Source: an uncultured Clostridium sp.
GTDB lineage: Bacteria; Bacillota; Clostridia; TANB77; CAG-508
Assembly (NCBI GenBank): GCA_930990645.1
Contig: CAKNQJ010000001.1
Location: 22,260 to 86,259 of the forward strand
Direction: 5' to 3'
Length of the DNA stretch: 64,000 bases
How positions within the stretch are numbered: the first letter of the stretch is position 1; every line of letters begins with the position of its first letter. The position numbers and the translations under genes were made by a program. Positions 43,061 to 55,300 of this stretch are shown one piece after another. The notes beneath the pieces were generated by a model. The model was not told the origin of the DNA, did no database searches, and was given only the letters and a program-made list of their open reading frames with translations.

Positions 43061-43089
43061 ATGTAACAAAAATGACAAAAAAATATAAT
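43061..43089 (+). promoter_or_regulatory. Triple 11-bp-phased direct repeat, site C (ATGTAACAAAA ATGACAAAAAA ATATAAT)
   Basis: Repeat starts at 43061, 43072 and 43083. It reads as TGTAAC-N16-TATAAT. The third repeat ends 223 nt before ATG 43312, versus 224 nt at site A. Confidence 0.5.
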
Positions 43090-43220
43090 ATTTTGAAACA
43101 AAACTTTAAAACATAATTATCCGTATATATTATTTATATAATACTATAAAAAGTAGGCATACAGTAATATTGACTTAAAAAATTAAATAATTAAAATATA
43201 TATATTAATTATAAAAGCTA

Positions 43221-43280
43221 CAAAGTCAGTTATGTGTTGATGGCATGTGAAAGCAAATATTTGATACATAGAACTACTTA
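43221..43280 (+). repeat. Degenerate Family C element (C4) in the leader of the giant ORF
   Basis: AAAGTCAGTTATGTGTTGATGG...ATACATAGAACTACTTA compares with the family consensus AAAGTCCGTTCCATCTTGCTGG...CACATGGAACTACTTA. It ends 20 nt before AGGAGG 43301. Confidence 0.45.
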
Positions 43281-43311
43281 AGCAAAACATAAGACTAATT
43301 AGGAGGAGCAA

Positions 43312-46300
43312 ATGAAAGAAACAGGGAATATGGCAAAATTAGAAAAAATAAAAAGCATCAAAAAAACTAGAATGAGAAAAAGACTTAGAGTAGTTGCTAT
43401 TTGTTTAATAATAGTGGCAGCTCTTGCTGTAAAAAATTCTGGTGAAATTCTTAGAGTTTTGAATAATGGAGCTAGTGTGCTCGATTTAAACTCAGCTTTA
43501 ACTGAAAATGACTCAAATACAAGCTTGGCAAGTTCTCAACCTTCTTTAAGCGGTAGTGTTAAACCAATGGTATCAGCTGGACAACACCATTCGCTTATTT
43601 TAAAAGCGGATGGCACTGTATTTGCAATGGGATACAATGCTTATGGACAACTAGGCAATATTACTCTAGCAAATAAAGCCACATATAGTACAGAAATTGT
43701 GCCAGTTTGGATTAAAGAAGGACAGGAACAATTATCTAATATAAAGAAAATTGCTGCAGGATATAACCACAATGTAGCTCTTTCTAATGATGGAGAAGTG
43801 TATACATGGGGATATAATGGATATGGACAGCTTGGAAATGGAAACACAAAAGATACTTCTATTCCAACTAAAATTACGACAAATGCGAAAATAGTCGATA
43901 TTTGTGGTTGGGTAAATAATACACTATTGTTAGACGAAAATGGAGTAGCATATGTTGTAGGACAAAATTATACTGATACCTTAACAAAAGTGGATATAGA
44001 TGAAAAAATAACACAGATATCAGGAAATTTAATACTTACAGAAAATCAAAATGTATACGAAATTAAAAATTTAGCAACTCCTATATCTGGACTTAAAAAT
44101 GTTGAAAAAGTGTATACAGGGTATTTAGGAACATCGACTACAAGTAGAACTGGTTTATATATGGCATTAACAAGTGAAGGTAAGATATATACATGGGGAA
44201 AATCATCTTATGGAGAAGCAGGAACAGGAGCAAATGGCACTATATCCACACCAACATTTGTAAAAATGCCTGACAAAACTGAAGATATGACAGGAATTGT
44301 AGAAGTGGTTGTTGGTAGATATAATGTTATGGCATTGGATAAAAACGGGAAAATATATACCTGGGGATATAATAACTATAGTCAACTTGGTAATGGAAAT
44401 GCAACAAACCAAAGTCTACCAGTTGAAATAACTGATTTGCCACAAATAGCAAGTTTAGGCTCATCACAATATTATCATAGTATAATTCTCGATAAAAATG
44501 GTTTTGTATGGACTACAGGATATAATGGATATGGGCAACTTGGAATAGGTAATACAACAACCAGAACTACTTTTACTAAATTGGGAAATTCATATTTAGA
44601 ATTTACTGATAGACAGAAATATATTAAAGTTGGAGAAACATCGCCAACTACAATAACTGCAAAAGAAGGATTTAATGTATATGATGCTAGTATTTCGCTA
44701 GCTGGAATGAGTTATCAAAGTAGTAATGAAAATGTTGCAACTGTAGACAGTAATGGAAATATTACAGCAAAAGCAAGAGGAAAAGCTACAATAACTGCTA
44801 CAAACCAAGAAGGAGATCAAGCAAGATGTATAGTATATGTAATTTCTAACAAAAATAATACTATTACGCTTCCAAGTGTAACAGTAACGCTAGGAGGAAC
44901 AACAGCAATTTTAAGAGAAGATGGAACAGTATGGACAGCAGGAAATAATGCAAATTATACATTGGGAATAGGAACAGAAATAGGAGCAACTAATCCTGAA
45001 TTTACGCAAGTAAAAATATCTGAAGACGAATATTTAACAGATATAGTAAAAATTGCTGAGTTTGGAAATGCAAGTTTATTAGCATTAACAAAAAATGGAG
45101 AGGTATATTCTTGGGGATCTGGTGCCAATAAAGTATTAGGATTGGGAAATGATACCAAAAATAAAGAATATGCTACAAAAATACCAAATTTAAACAACAT
45201 TATTGATATTGAAATGACAGAATTTGATAATGCAAAAGCACTTACTAAAGATGGGGAAGTATATACTTGGGGGTCTAACCCAAGCTATGATTATCAAGTA
45301 GGTGATACATTTGGAATAAGTGGAACACCTCAAAAGTTAACTACAATAGACAATGTTGTTGATATTTCAACTGGAAATTTCCATATTTTATACTTAAAAA
45401 GTGATGGAACTGTATGGGCAAATGGACATGGTACATATGGACAATTGGGAGTGGGCAGTACATCAAGTTCAACAGTACCAGTACAAGTAAAAATGACTAA
45501 TGGATATTTGAAAAATGTATCAACAATACTTGCAAATGATGATACAAGTGCAATTATAAATAGTGATGGAGATTTATGGGCTTGGGGAGATAATGATTAT
45601 CGCCAATTAGGAAATAACTCTACAACAGATGCAACATTACCTATAAAAGTTAATTTAGTATCAGGTACAAAGGCAGTAACAATAGGAGGAGCTAATGATG
45701 CAATATCATATATTGCAAATGATGGAAAAGTTTATGTTATTGGTTATAACAATAAAGGCCAATTAGCACAAGGAAATGCTAATAATGTAACAACTTGGAA
45801 AACAGCAAAAACAAGTGATGGACAAGACATAACAGGAGCATTTAGCTTAACTAAAGGAGAAGTAACATCTTCATTTATCATAAAACAAGATGGCAGTATA
45901 TGGAGCTGTGGATATAATGCCAATGGACAGCTAGGTACAGGAGACAAGACAGATATTTATTATTATGAACAAATAGGAAAAGCATTTACTGAGTTTAAGG
46001 ATAGAAACAAATTTATTAAAGTAGGAGAAACAGTAAATACAAGTGTAGAAGCAAATGAAGGATTAAATGCTTTTAGAGATTTATTATCAACAAATGGAAT
46101 GACATATAAAAGTGCTAATACTAATGTTGCAAAAGTAGATAATAGTGGAAATATTACTGGTGTAGCAACAGGAGAAACAACAATAATTGCAACAAATGAA
46201 AATGGAGAGCAAGCGAGATGTATTGTATATGTAATAAGGAATAATGATAAAGCAATAACAATTCCAAGTGTTTCAACTACAAATAATGGTGCTGTAGCGA

Positions 46301-49300
46301 TACTAAAGGAAGATGGAACAGTATGGACAGCAGGAAATAATGCAAACTATACATTAGGAAGAGGAAAAGAAGTAAGTGATAATAAAGAGTTTAAACAAGT
46401 AAAAGTATCAGAAAATGAATATTTAACTAATATAATAAAAATCTCAGAAAGTGGAAATGGAAGCTTTTTAGCATTAACTAAAACAGGAGAAGTGTATGCA
46501 TGGGGGTATGGAAGTAATTTTACTTTAGGCTTAGGAACAGATAAAACAAATAAAGAATATGCAACTAAAATACCAAATTTAAAAAATATTATAGATGTAG
46601 AGACCACTTCAAATTATAATGCAAAAGCACTTACTAAAGATGGAGAAGTATATACATGGGGAGGAACTAATACAACTACATTTCAGACAGGAGATAATCT
46701 AATTGGTATAAGTGGAACACCACAAAAGGTAAAAGTTATAAATAATGTTATAGATATTTCGAGCGGATATGCTAGTATTCTATACCTAAAAGGTGATGGA
46801 ACAGTATGGGCGAATGGATTAAATTCTAATGGACAATTAGGAGTAGGAAATACTACAGACTCACAATTCCCTGTACAAGTAAAGATAAATTCAACAAGTT
46901 ATTTGGAAAACATATCTACAATAAAATCAATTGACAGAATAGGCACTGCAATTGATGAAAACGGAAATTTATATTTCTGGGGAGCAAATAACTATTATCA
47001 ATTAGGGACAGGAAATTCAACTGATGTAAAATATGCAACAAAAGCTACTTTAGTAGATGGAACAAAAGCAATAGATGTAGGAGGAGGATACTACTCTACA
47101 TCTTATGTAGCTGATAATGGACTAGTATATACTATCGGATGTAATAATTACGGACAATTGGGCCAGAACAATGAAGCAAATGTTACTAAATGGGCTACAG
47201 CAAAAAATAAATATGGAGAAAACATAACAGGTGCAATGTCTATTAGCAAAGGCTCATACTATTCTAACTTTATAATAAAACAAGATGGAAGTATATGGAC
47301 TGCTGGATATAATGGCTATGGACAGTTAGGTTTGTTAGATACTACAAGTAGAAACTATTTTCAAGAAGTAGGAGAAGCATATTTAGAATTTGAAAACAGA
47401 CAAACTTATGTAAAAGCAGGAGAAAAAATCCAAAATAAAGTAAAAGTACATGCAGGATTTAATGTTTATGATAATCTCTTATCGTTAGATGGAATAAAAT
47501 ATAAAAGCAATGATGAAAATATTGTAAAAATAGATGAAAATGGATATATAACTGGTATTCAAAGAGGAGAAACTTCAATAACTGTAACAAATAGTAATGG
47601 AAATCAAGCAAGAGCTATTGTATATGTAATTTCAAATAACAAAAATGCAATAACAATGCCAGATGTATCTCAAACATTGGATGGAACAACAGCAATACTA
47701 AAAGAAGATGGAACAGTATGGACAGCTGGAAACAATGCAAATTACGCATTAGGAAGAGGAACAACAGTATCTGATAATACAGAGTTTGCTCAAGTAAAAA
47801 TATCAGAAACAGAATATTTAACAAATGTAATAAAAATATCAGAAGAAGGAGAAGCAAGCTTTCTAGCTCTAACCAAAAATGGAGAAGTATATTCTTGGGG
47901 ATATGGTGCAGCAAAAACATTAGGATTTGGAGCAGACACAAAAAATAAAGAGTATGCAACTAAAATACCAAATCTAAAAGATATAATTGATGTAGATGTT
48001 ACAGCATATAACAATGCAAAGGCATTAACAAAAAATGGAGAAGTATACACATGGGGCTCAAATAGTAACTATGAATATCAATTGGGGGATTCTATTACTA
48101 ATGATGGTACACCACAAAAAATAACATTAATAAATAATGTTATTGATATTTCAAATGGATGTGGACATATTCTATATCTAAAAGGTGATGGAACAGTATG
48201 GGCAAATGGATATAATGCACAGGGACAATTAGGAAATGGAACAAAGAGCAACTCAAATGCTCCAGTACAAGTAAAGACCGGAAGTGGTACAGACTATTTA
48301 AAGAATATTAGTAAAATAGCGACTGCATATCATAATTCTGGAGCAATTGATGATAATGGAAATTTATATTTATGGGGAATAAACAATTATTATCAATTGG
48401 GAAATAATAATACAACTGATGCAACTATAGCAACAAAAGTAACACCTAAATCAGGTACGAAAGTATTAAAAGTAGGTGGAGGATATAGATTTTTACTATA
48501 TGAAACAGATGATGGAAAAATATATGGCTCTGGATATAATGCAAACGGAGAACTATCACAAAATAATACAACAAATGTAAAAACATGGACTACACTAAAA
48601 ACAAAAGAAGGAGAAGATTTTACAGGTGCATTTAAATTAGTTAATGGTACAGGAGCTTCAAACATTATTATAAGACAAGACGGAAGTGTATGGGCAGCAG
48701 GAAATAATGACCATGGACAATTAGGATTATATGACACAATTAATAGAAGTTATTTCCAAGAAGTAGGAGAAGCATATTTAGAATTTGAAAATAGACAAGA
48801 TTATGTAAAAATTGGGACAACTGTGCCAAATAAAGTAAAATCTCATATGGGATTCAATGTATTTAATAGTTCAGTAGCAGCTACTGGAATTACATATAAA
48901 AGTAGTAATGAAGATATAGCAACAGTAGATCAAAATGGAAATGTCAAAGGAATAAAAAGAGGAGAAGCTACAATAATTGCAACAAATCAAGAAGGAAAAC
49001 AAGCAAGAGCTATTATATATGTAATATCAAATAACAAGGATGCAATAACTATTCCTAGCGTTTCAACTACATATAATGGAGTAACAGCAATATTAAAAGA
49101 AGACGGAACAGTATGGACAGCCGGAAATAATGCAAATTATGCACTAGGAAGAGGAAAAGAAGTAACTAACAATAGTGAATTTGAACAAGTAAAAATATCG
49201 GAAGATACATATTTAACAAATATAATAAAAATTTCAGAAAATGGGAATGGAAGCTTTTTAGCATTAACTCAAACAGGAGAAGTGTATACTTGGGGAAATG

Positions 49301-52300
49301 GAAGTAATTTTACTTTAGGCTTAGGAACAGATAAAACAAATAAAGAATATGCAACTAAAATACCAAATTTAAAAAATATTATAGATGTAGAGACTACTTC
49401 AAATTATAATGCAAAAGCACTAACTGAAGATGGAGAAGTATATACATGGGGTGGAACTAATACAACCACTTATCAAATAGGTGATAATGCTGTTGAAATT
49501 AGTGGAACTCCAGAGAAGATTAATTCCATAAAAAATGTAGTAGACATTTCTGGTGGTTATGCAAGCATATTATACTTAAAAGGAGATGGAACAGTCTGGG
49601 CAAATGGATATAATGATGATGGACAATTAGGAGTAGGAAATACTACTGAATCAAGAGTACCTGTACAAGTAAAAATAGATAATAAAACTAGCTACTTAAA
49701 GAATATTACTAGTATAGAAACAACGCATAAAGTAGGTGCAGCTATAGACGAAAACGGAAATTTATATTTATGGGGAGCTAATAATTATTATCAATTAGGA
49801 ACAGGAAATACAAATAGTGTAAATATTGCAACTAAAGTGAATTTGGTTGAAGGAACAAAAGCTGTAGAAGTCGGAGGAGGAACATATTTTACTACATATA
49901 TAGCAGATAATGGAAAATTATATGTTCAAGGATATAACGGAAATGGACAGCTATCTCAGGGAGATACTACAACACTAAAAACTTGGACAATAGCTAAAAA
50001 CAAATATGGCGAAGAATTTACAGAAGCATTTAGATTAAGTAATGGTACTTTACAATCAAATGTGGTAATAAAACAAGACGGAAGTGTATGGGCATGTGGA
50101 TATAATGTCCATGGAGAATTAGGCTTAGTAGATACTACAAATAGAAACTATTTGGAAGAAGTTGGAGAGGCATATTTAGAATTTGAGAACAGACAGGAGT
50201 TTATAAAAATAGATGAAACTGTAGCGAATAAAGTAAGTTCACACTTAGGATTTAATGTATTTGACAATTTATTACCAGTGGAAGGAATAGAATACAAAAG
50301 TAGTAATGAAAATATTGCAAAAGTAGATGAAAATGGAAATATTACAGGAGTTGCAAGAGGAGAAGCTACTATTATTGCAACAACTAAAACTGGGGAAAAA
50401 GCTAGTTGCATAATATATGTAATATCAAACAATCCAAAAGCAATAACAATGCCAACAGTATCAATAACAAGAAATGGAGCAATTGCAATATTAAAAGAAG
50501 ATGGAACAGTATGGACAGCAGGAAATAACGCAAATTATGCATTAGGAAGAGGAAAAACAGTAACTGATAATACAGAGTTTGCTCAAGTAAAAATATCAGA
50601 AAGCGAATATCTAACAGGTGTAGTTAAAATATCTGAAAATGGACAGGATAATTTCTTGGCTTTAACAGAAAAAGGAGAAGTATATTCATGGGGATATGGA
50701 GCAGCAAAAGCATTAGGATTTGGTGATGATACAAAAAATAAAGAATATGCAACAAAAATACCAAATTTAAAAGATATAATAGATGTTGAAATAACAGGAT
50801 TTAATAATGCAAAAGCTTTAACAAAAGATGGTGATGTATATACTTGGGGCTCTAATGTGAATTATGAATATCAGATTGGTGATAATTTTGAAATAAGTGG
50901 AACACCGCAAAAAGTAAGACTTATTCATAATGTAATAGATATTTCTGTTGGATATGCAGGCATATTATACTTAAAAGGAGATGGAACAGTCTGGGCAAAT
51001 GGATTAAATGATAGTGGACAACTAGGAAATGGAGCAACATCAAACTCAAAAGTTCCTGTACAAGTAAAAACAAAAGATGGATACTTAGAAAACATAGTAA
51101 AAATAGAAAAAGTAGACGAGGTAGGAGCAGCAATAGATGAAACAGGAGCACTTTACTTATGGGGTAATAATGAATATTATCAATTAGGAACAGGAAACAA
51201 AACAAACTTAACAGTAGCAACAAAAGCAAATATCCCAGAAGGAGTAAAGGCAGTAGAAGTAGGTGGATCAAGATGTGCTATTATGTATAGTGCAAGTGAT
51301 GGAAAAGTATATACTGTAGGATATAACAATTATGGACAACTTGCACAAAATAATACAACTAATGTAACTTCTTGGACAACGGTTAAAACCAAAGAAGGAG
51401 AGGACTTTACAGGAGCATATAGACTAGGAAAGAACTCATATTATTCAAATGTGATAATTAAAGAAGAAGGAAGCGTATGGGGAGTAGGACATAATAACTA
51501 TGGACAACTTGGATTAATTGATACTACAAGTAGATCTTATTTACAAGAAGTAGGAGAATCTTATATAGAGTTTGAAAATAGACAAGCTTATATAAAAATA
51601 GGAGATACAGTAACTAATAAAGTACAATCACATTTGGGATTCAATGTGTTTGATGAAGCTTTATCAGTAACTGGTATAACATACAAAAGCAGTAATGAAA
51701 ATATTGCAAAAGTAGATGAAAATGGAAATATTACTGGAATTGCAAGAGGAGAAGTTACAATAACAGCAACAAGTACAAGCGGTGATGTAGCAAAAGCTAT
51801 TATCAATGTAATTTCAAATAATGAAAATGCAATAACAATACCAACAGTATCTACGACTAGAACAGGAACAATAGCAATATTAAAAGAAGATGGAACAGTA
51901 TGGACAGCAGGAAATAATTCAAACTATGCATTAGGAAGAGGAGAAACTGTAACAAATACATTTGAATTTGATAGAGTAAAAGTATCAGAAGATACATACT
52001 TATCTAATGTAGTCAAAATATCGGAAAATGGATATGGAAACTTTTTAGCTTTAACCAAAGATGGAGAGGTATATTCATGGGGATATGGAGCAGCAAAAGC
52101 ATTAGGATTTGGTGATGATACAAAAAATAAAGCTTATGCAAGCAAAATTCCAGATTTAAAAGATGTTATTGACATTGATATGACAGGATTTAATAATGCA
52201 AAAGCATTAACAAAAGATGGGCAAGTATATACCTGGGGCTCTAATGCAAATAACGAATATCAAATTGGTGATAATTTTGAAATAAGTGGTGTACCACAAA

Positions 52301-55300
52301 GAGTAAGACTTATCAAGAATGTAATAGATATTTCTGGTGGATATGCAGGCATATTATACTTAAAAGGAGATGGGACAGTTTGGGCAAATGGATTAAATGA
52401 TAATGGACAGCTAGGAAATGGAGTAACAACAAACTCAAAAGTTCCTGTACAAGTAAAAGTAGCTGATGGATACTTAGATAAAATAGTAGAAATTGAATAT
52501 GTTGATGATGTAGGATCAGCAATAGATGAAGAAGGAAACTTATATTTATGGGGAAATAATGAATATTATCAATTAGGAAATGGAAACAAAACAAATCTAA
52601 AAGTAGCTACAAAAGCAAATTTACCAGAAGGAGTAAAAGCAACAGAAGTAGGTGGCTCAAGACGTGCATTAGAATTTATATCTAATGATGGAAAAGTATA
52701 TGTTGTTGGATATAACAATTATGGACAATTATCACAAGGAAGCACTAGTACAATAACATCATGGACAACAGCTAAAACAGCAGATGGAGCAGAAGTTACA
52801 GAAGCATATAGACTAAGCAAAGGGTCATATTATTCAAATGCAGTAATAAAACAAGATGGAAGTGTATGGACAGTCGGATATAATGCTTATGGACAGTTAG
52901 GACTACTAGATACAACTTCTAGAAACTATTTAGAACAAGTAGGAGAAGCAGAGTTTACACCAAAGAAATATGAACATACTATCAAAGTAAATGAAAGCAT
53001 TTTGTTAGATAAAGATGATTTTGAATATGCTAAAGATTTTAATGTTTTTGTAGAAGAAATAAGAGAAATCGGAAACCTAAGTTTCGAGTCTCAAAATACA
53101 GATATTGCAACTGTAGACACAAAAGGAAACATTATAGGCATCAAACAAGGACTAGCAAGAATAAAAGTTACAAATCAATTAAATGGGGATATAACCTATG
53201 TAGTAGTTAAGGTAACAGATGGAAAAGTTGAGCCAATGTTAGCGCAAGGACAAAATCATACAATTGCACTAAAATCAGATGGTAGTGTATGGGGATTTGG
53301 AAATAATTCATATGGACAAATAGGAAATATTAATCTAAATGAAAGTAAATATGTAGCAGATCCAGTTCCTGTATGGATAACAGAAGGCAAAGAGCAATTG
53401 ACTAACATAAAGAAAATAGCAGTAGGATATAATCATTCAGTAGCACTATCTAATGATGGAGAAGTGTACACATGGGGGTATAACCAATATAAGCAATTAG
53501 GATATAGTGGTACAAGTAGTAATAAACCAACAAAACTAAGTTTTGACGCAAAAATAATAGATATTAGTGGATGGCAAAATAATACAATTGTATTAGATGA
53601 AAATGGAAATGTATATGCATGGGGATATAATTTTACAACAAGCATTAGTAAGATAGAATTACCAGAAAAAGCAATACAAATTTCAGGAAATTTAATACTA
53701 ACAGAAAACAAAAAAGTATATCAAGCAAATAAACCTCAAACTCCAATATCAGGTTTAAAAAATGTTATAAAAGTATTTTCAGGTTATTTTAATGGAAGCA
53801 ATGGAGATTTTGCAGCTTTAACAGATGAAGGAAAAATATATGCTTGGGGAATAAATTCATATGGAGAAGCTGGAAATGGTGCAACAGGAAGTGTATCAAA
53901 ACCTGCATATGTAAAAACATCTGACGGATTAGCAGATTTAACAGGTATCATTGATATGAATCTAACAAGATATGGTGTTATAGCATTAGATTATGAAGGA
54001 ACATTATATGGATGGGGATATAATGGATATGGACAAATTGGCAATAATGATAAAACAACACAAAAATTACCTGTTGTAATAGATGATATGCCAGAGATTG
54101 AAGTATTAGGCAACGCAGGATATTATCATAATGCATTTATGGATGTAAATGGTTTTGTATGGACAGTAGGATATAATGCAAATGGACAATTGGGAAATGG
54201 AACTAATACTAATAGTGCAGTTTATAATATGATTGGCGACTTAAAAATACAGGCAAGCGAGTCTAAAGTAAGGATACATATAGGAGACAAAAAAGCTATA
54301 ACAGCTGAAGCCAGAAATACATTTAATCTAAAATATGATACAGTTAATACACAATTAACATATCATATGCAAGATGAAAATATCGCAACATATGAAAATG
54401 GAGAAATAGTAGCAAAAAGTGTAGGAAGTACATACTTAATAATAGAAAGTGAACAATTAGATGTAAGCACTGCAGTAAAAGTTGAAGTATTACCAGATGA
54501 AAAACAAGCTATTCCAAGTGTGCAGTCAGGAATTGATTTTTCAGTAGCATTAAAAGCAGACGGAAGTGTTTGGACATGGGGTAACAACACTTATGGACAA
54601 CTAGGTAATGGTACTAAAATAGCACAAAATGAGCCAGTGGAGACAGATATTAAAGATATAGTTACAGAAATATCTGTTGGAGAGTATCATGTATTAGCAT
54701 TAACAGGAAATGGAGAAGTATACAGCTTTGGATATAATGGTAATGGCAGATGTGGAAATGGTACAACTTCAGCAGTTGCTACACCAGTTCAAGTAAAAAC
54801 TTTGGAAAACAGTAAAGAAACAGTATTAAAAGACATAATTAAAGTAAAAGCTGGAAAAACAGTAAGTTTTGCAATAGACAAAGACCTTAATCTATGGGCA
54901 TGGGGTAAAGGATACACAAAATATGCAGAAAAGGTTGCAAACCTAGAAAATATAATAGATGTTACACAAGATTATGTATTAACAGCAGAAGGAAAAGTGT
55001 ATAAATTATCTGACAACAGCAAAGTTTTAACAGTAGATAAAGTAAGAAAACTAGAAGAAGGTTATGACCATACAGTAATGGTAACAGAAAAAGGCGGAGC
55101 TTACGCAATAGGTAAGAACACATATGGTCAATTAGGAACAGGAAATACTACAGATAGTTTAGATTCTGTTGTGGGAGTAAGACAATCTGATGGAGAAACA
55201 TTATTTACAAATGTAAAAGATGTACAAGCAGGAAATGGAAATACAGCAATATTTACATATGATAATAAAGTATATTTCTTAGGCTCAAATGCAAATAGTA

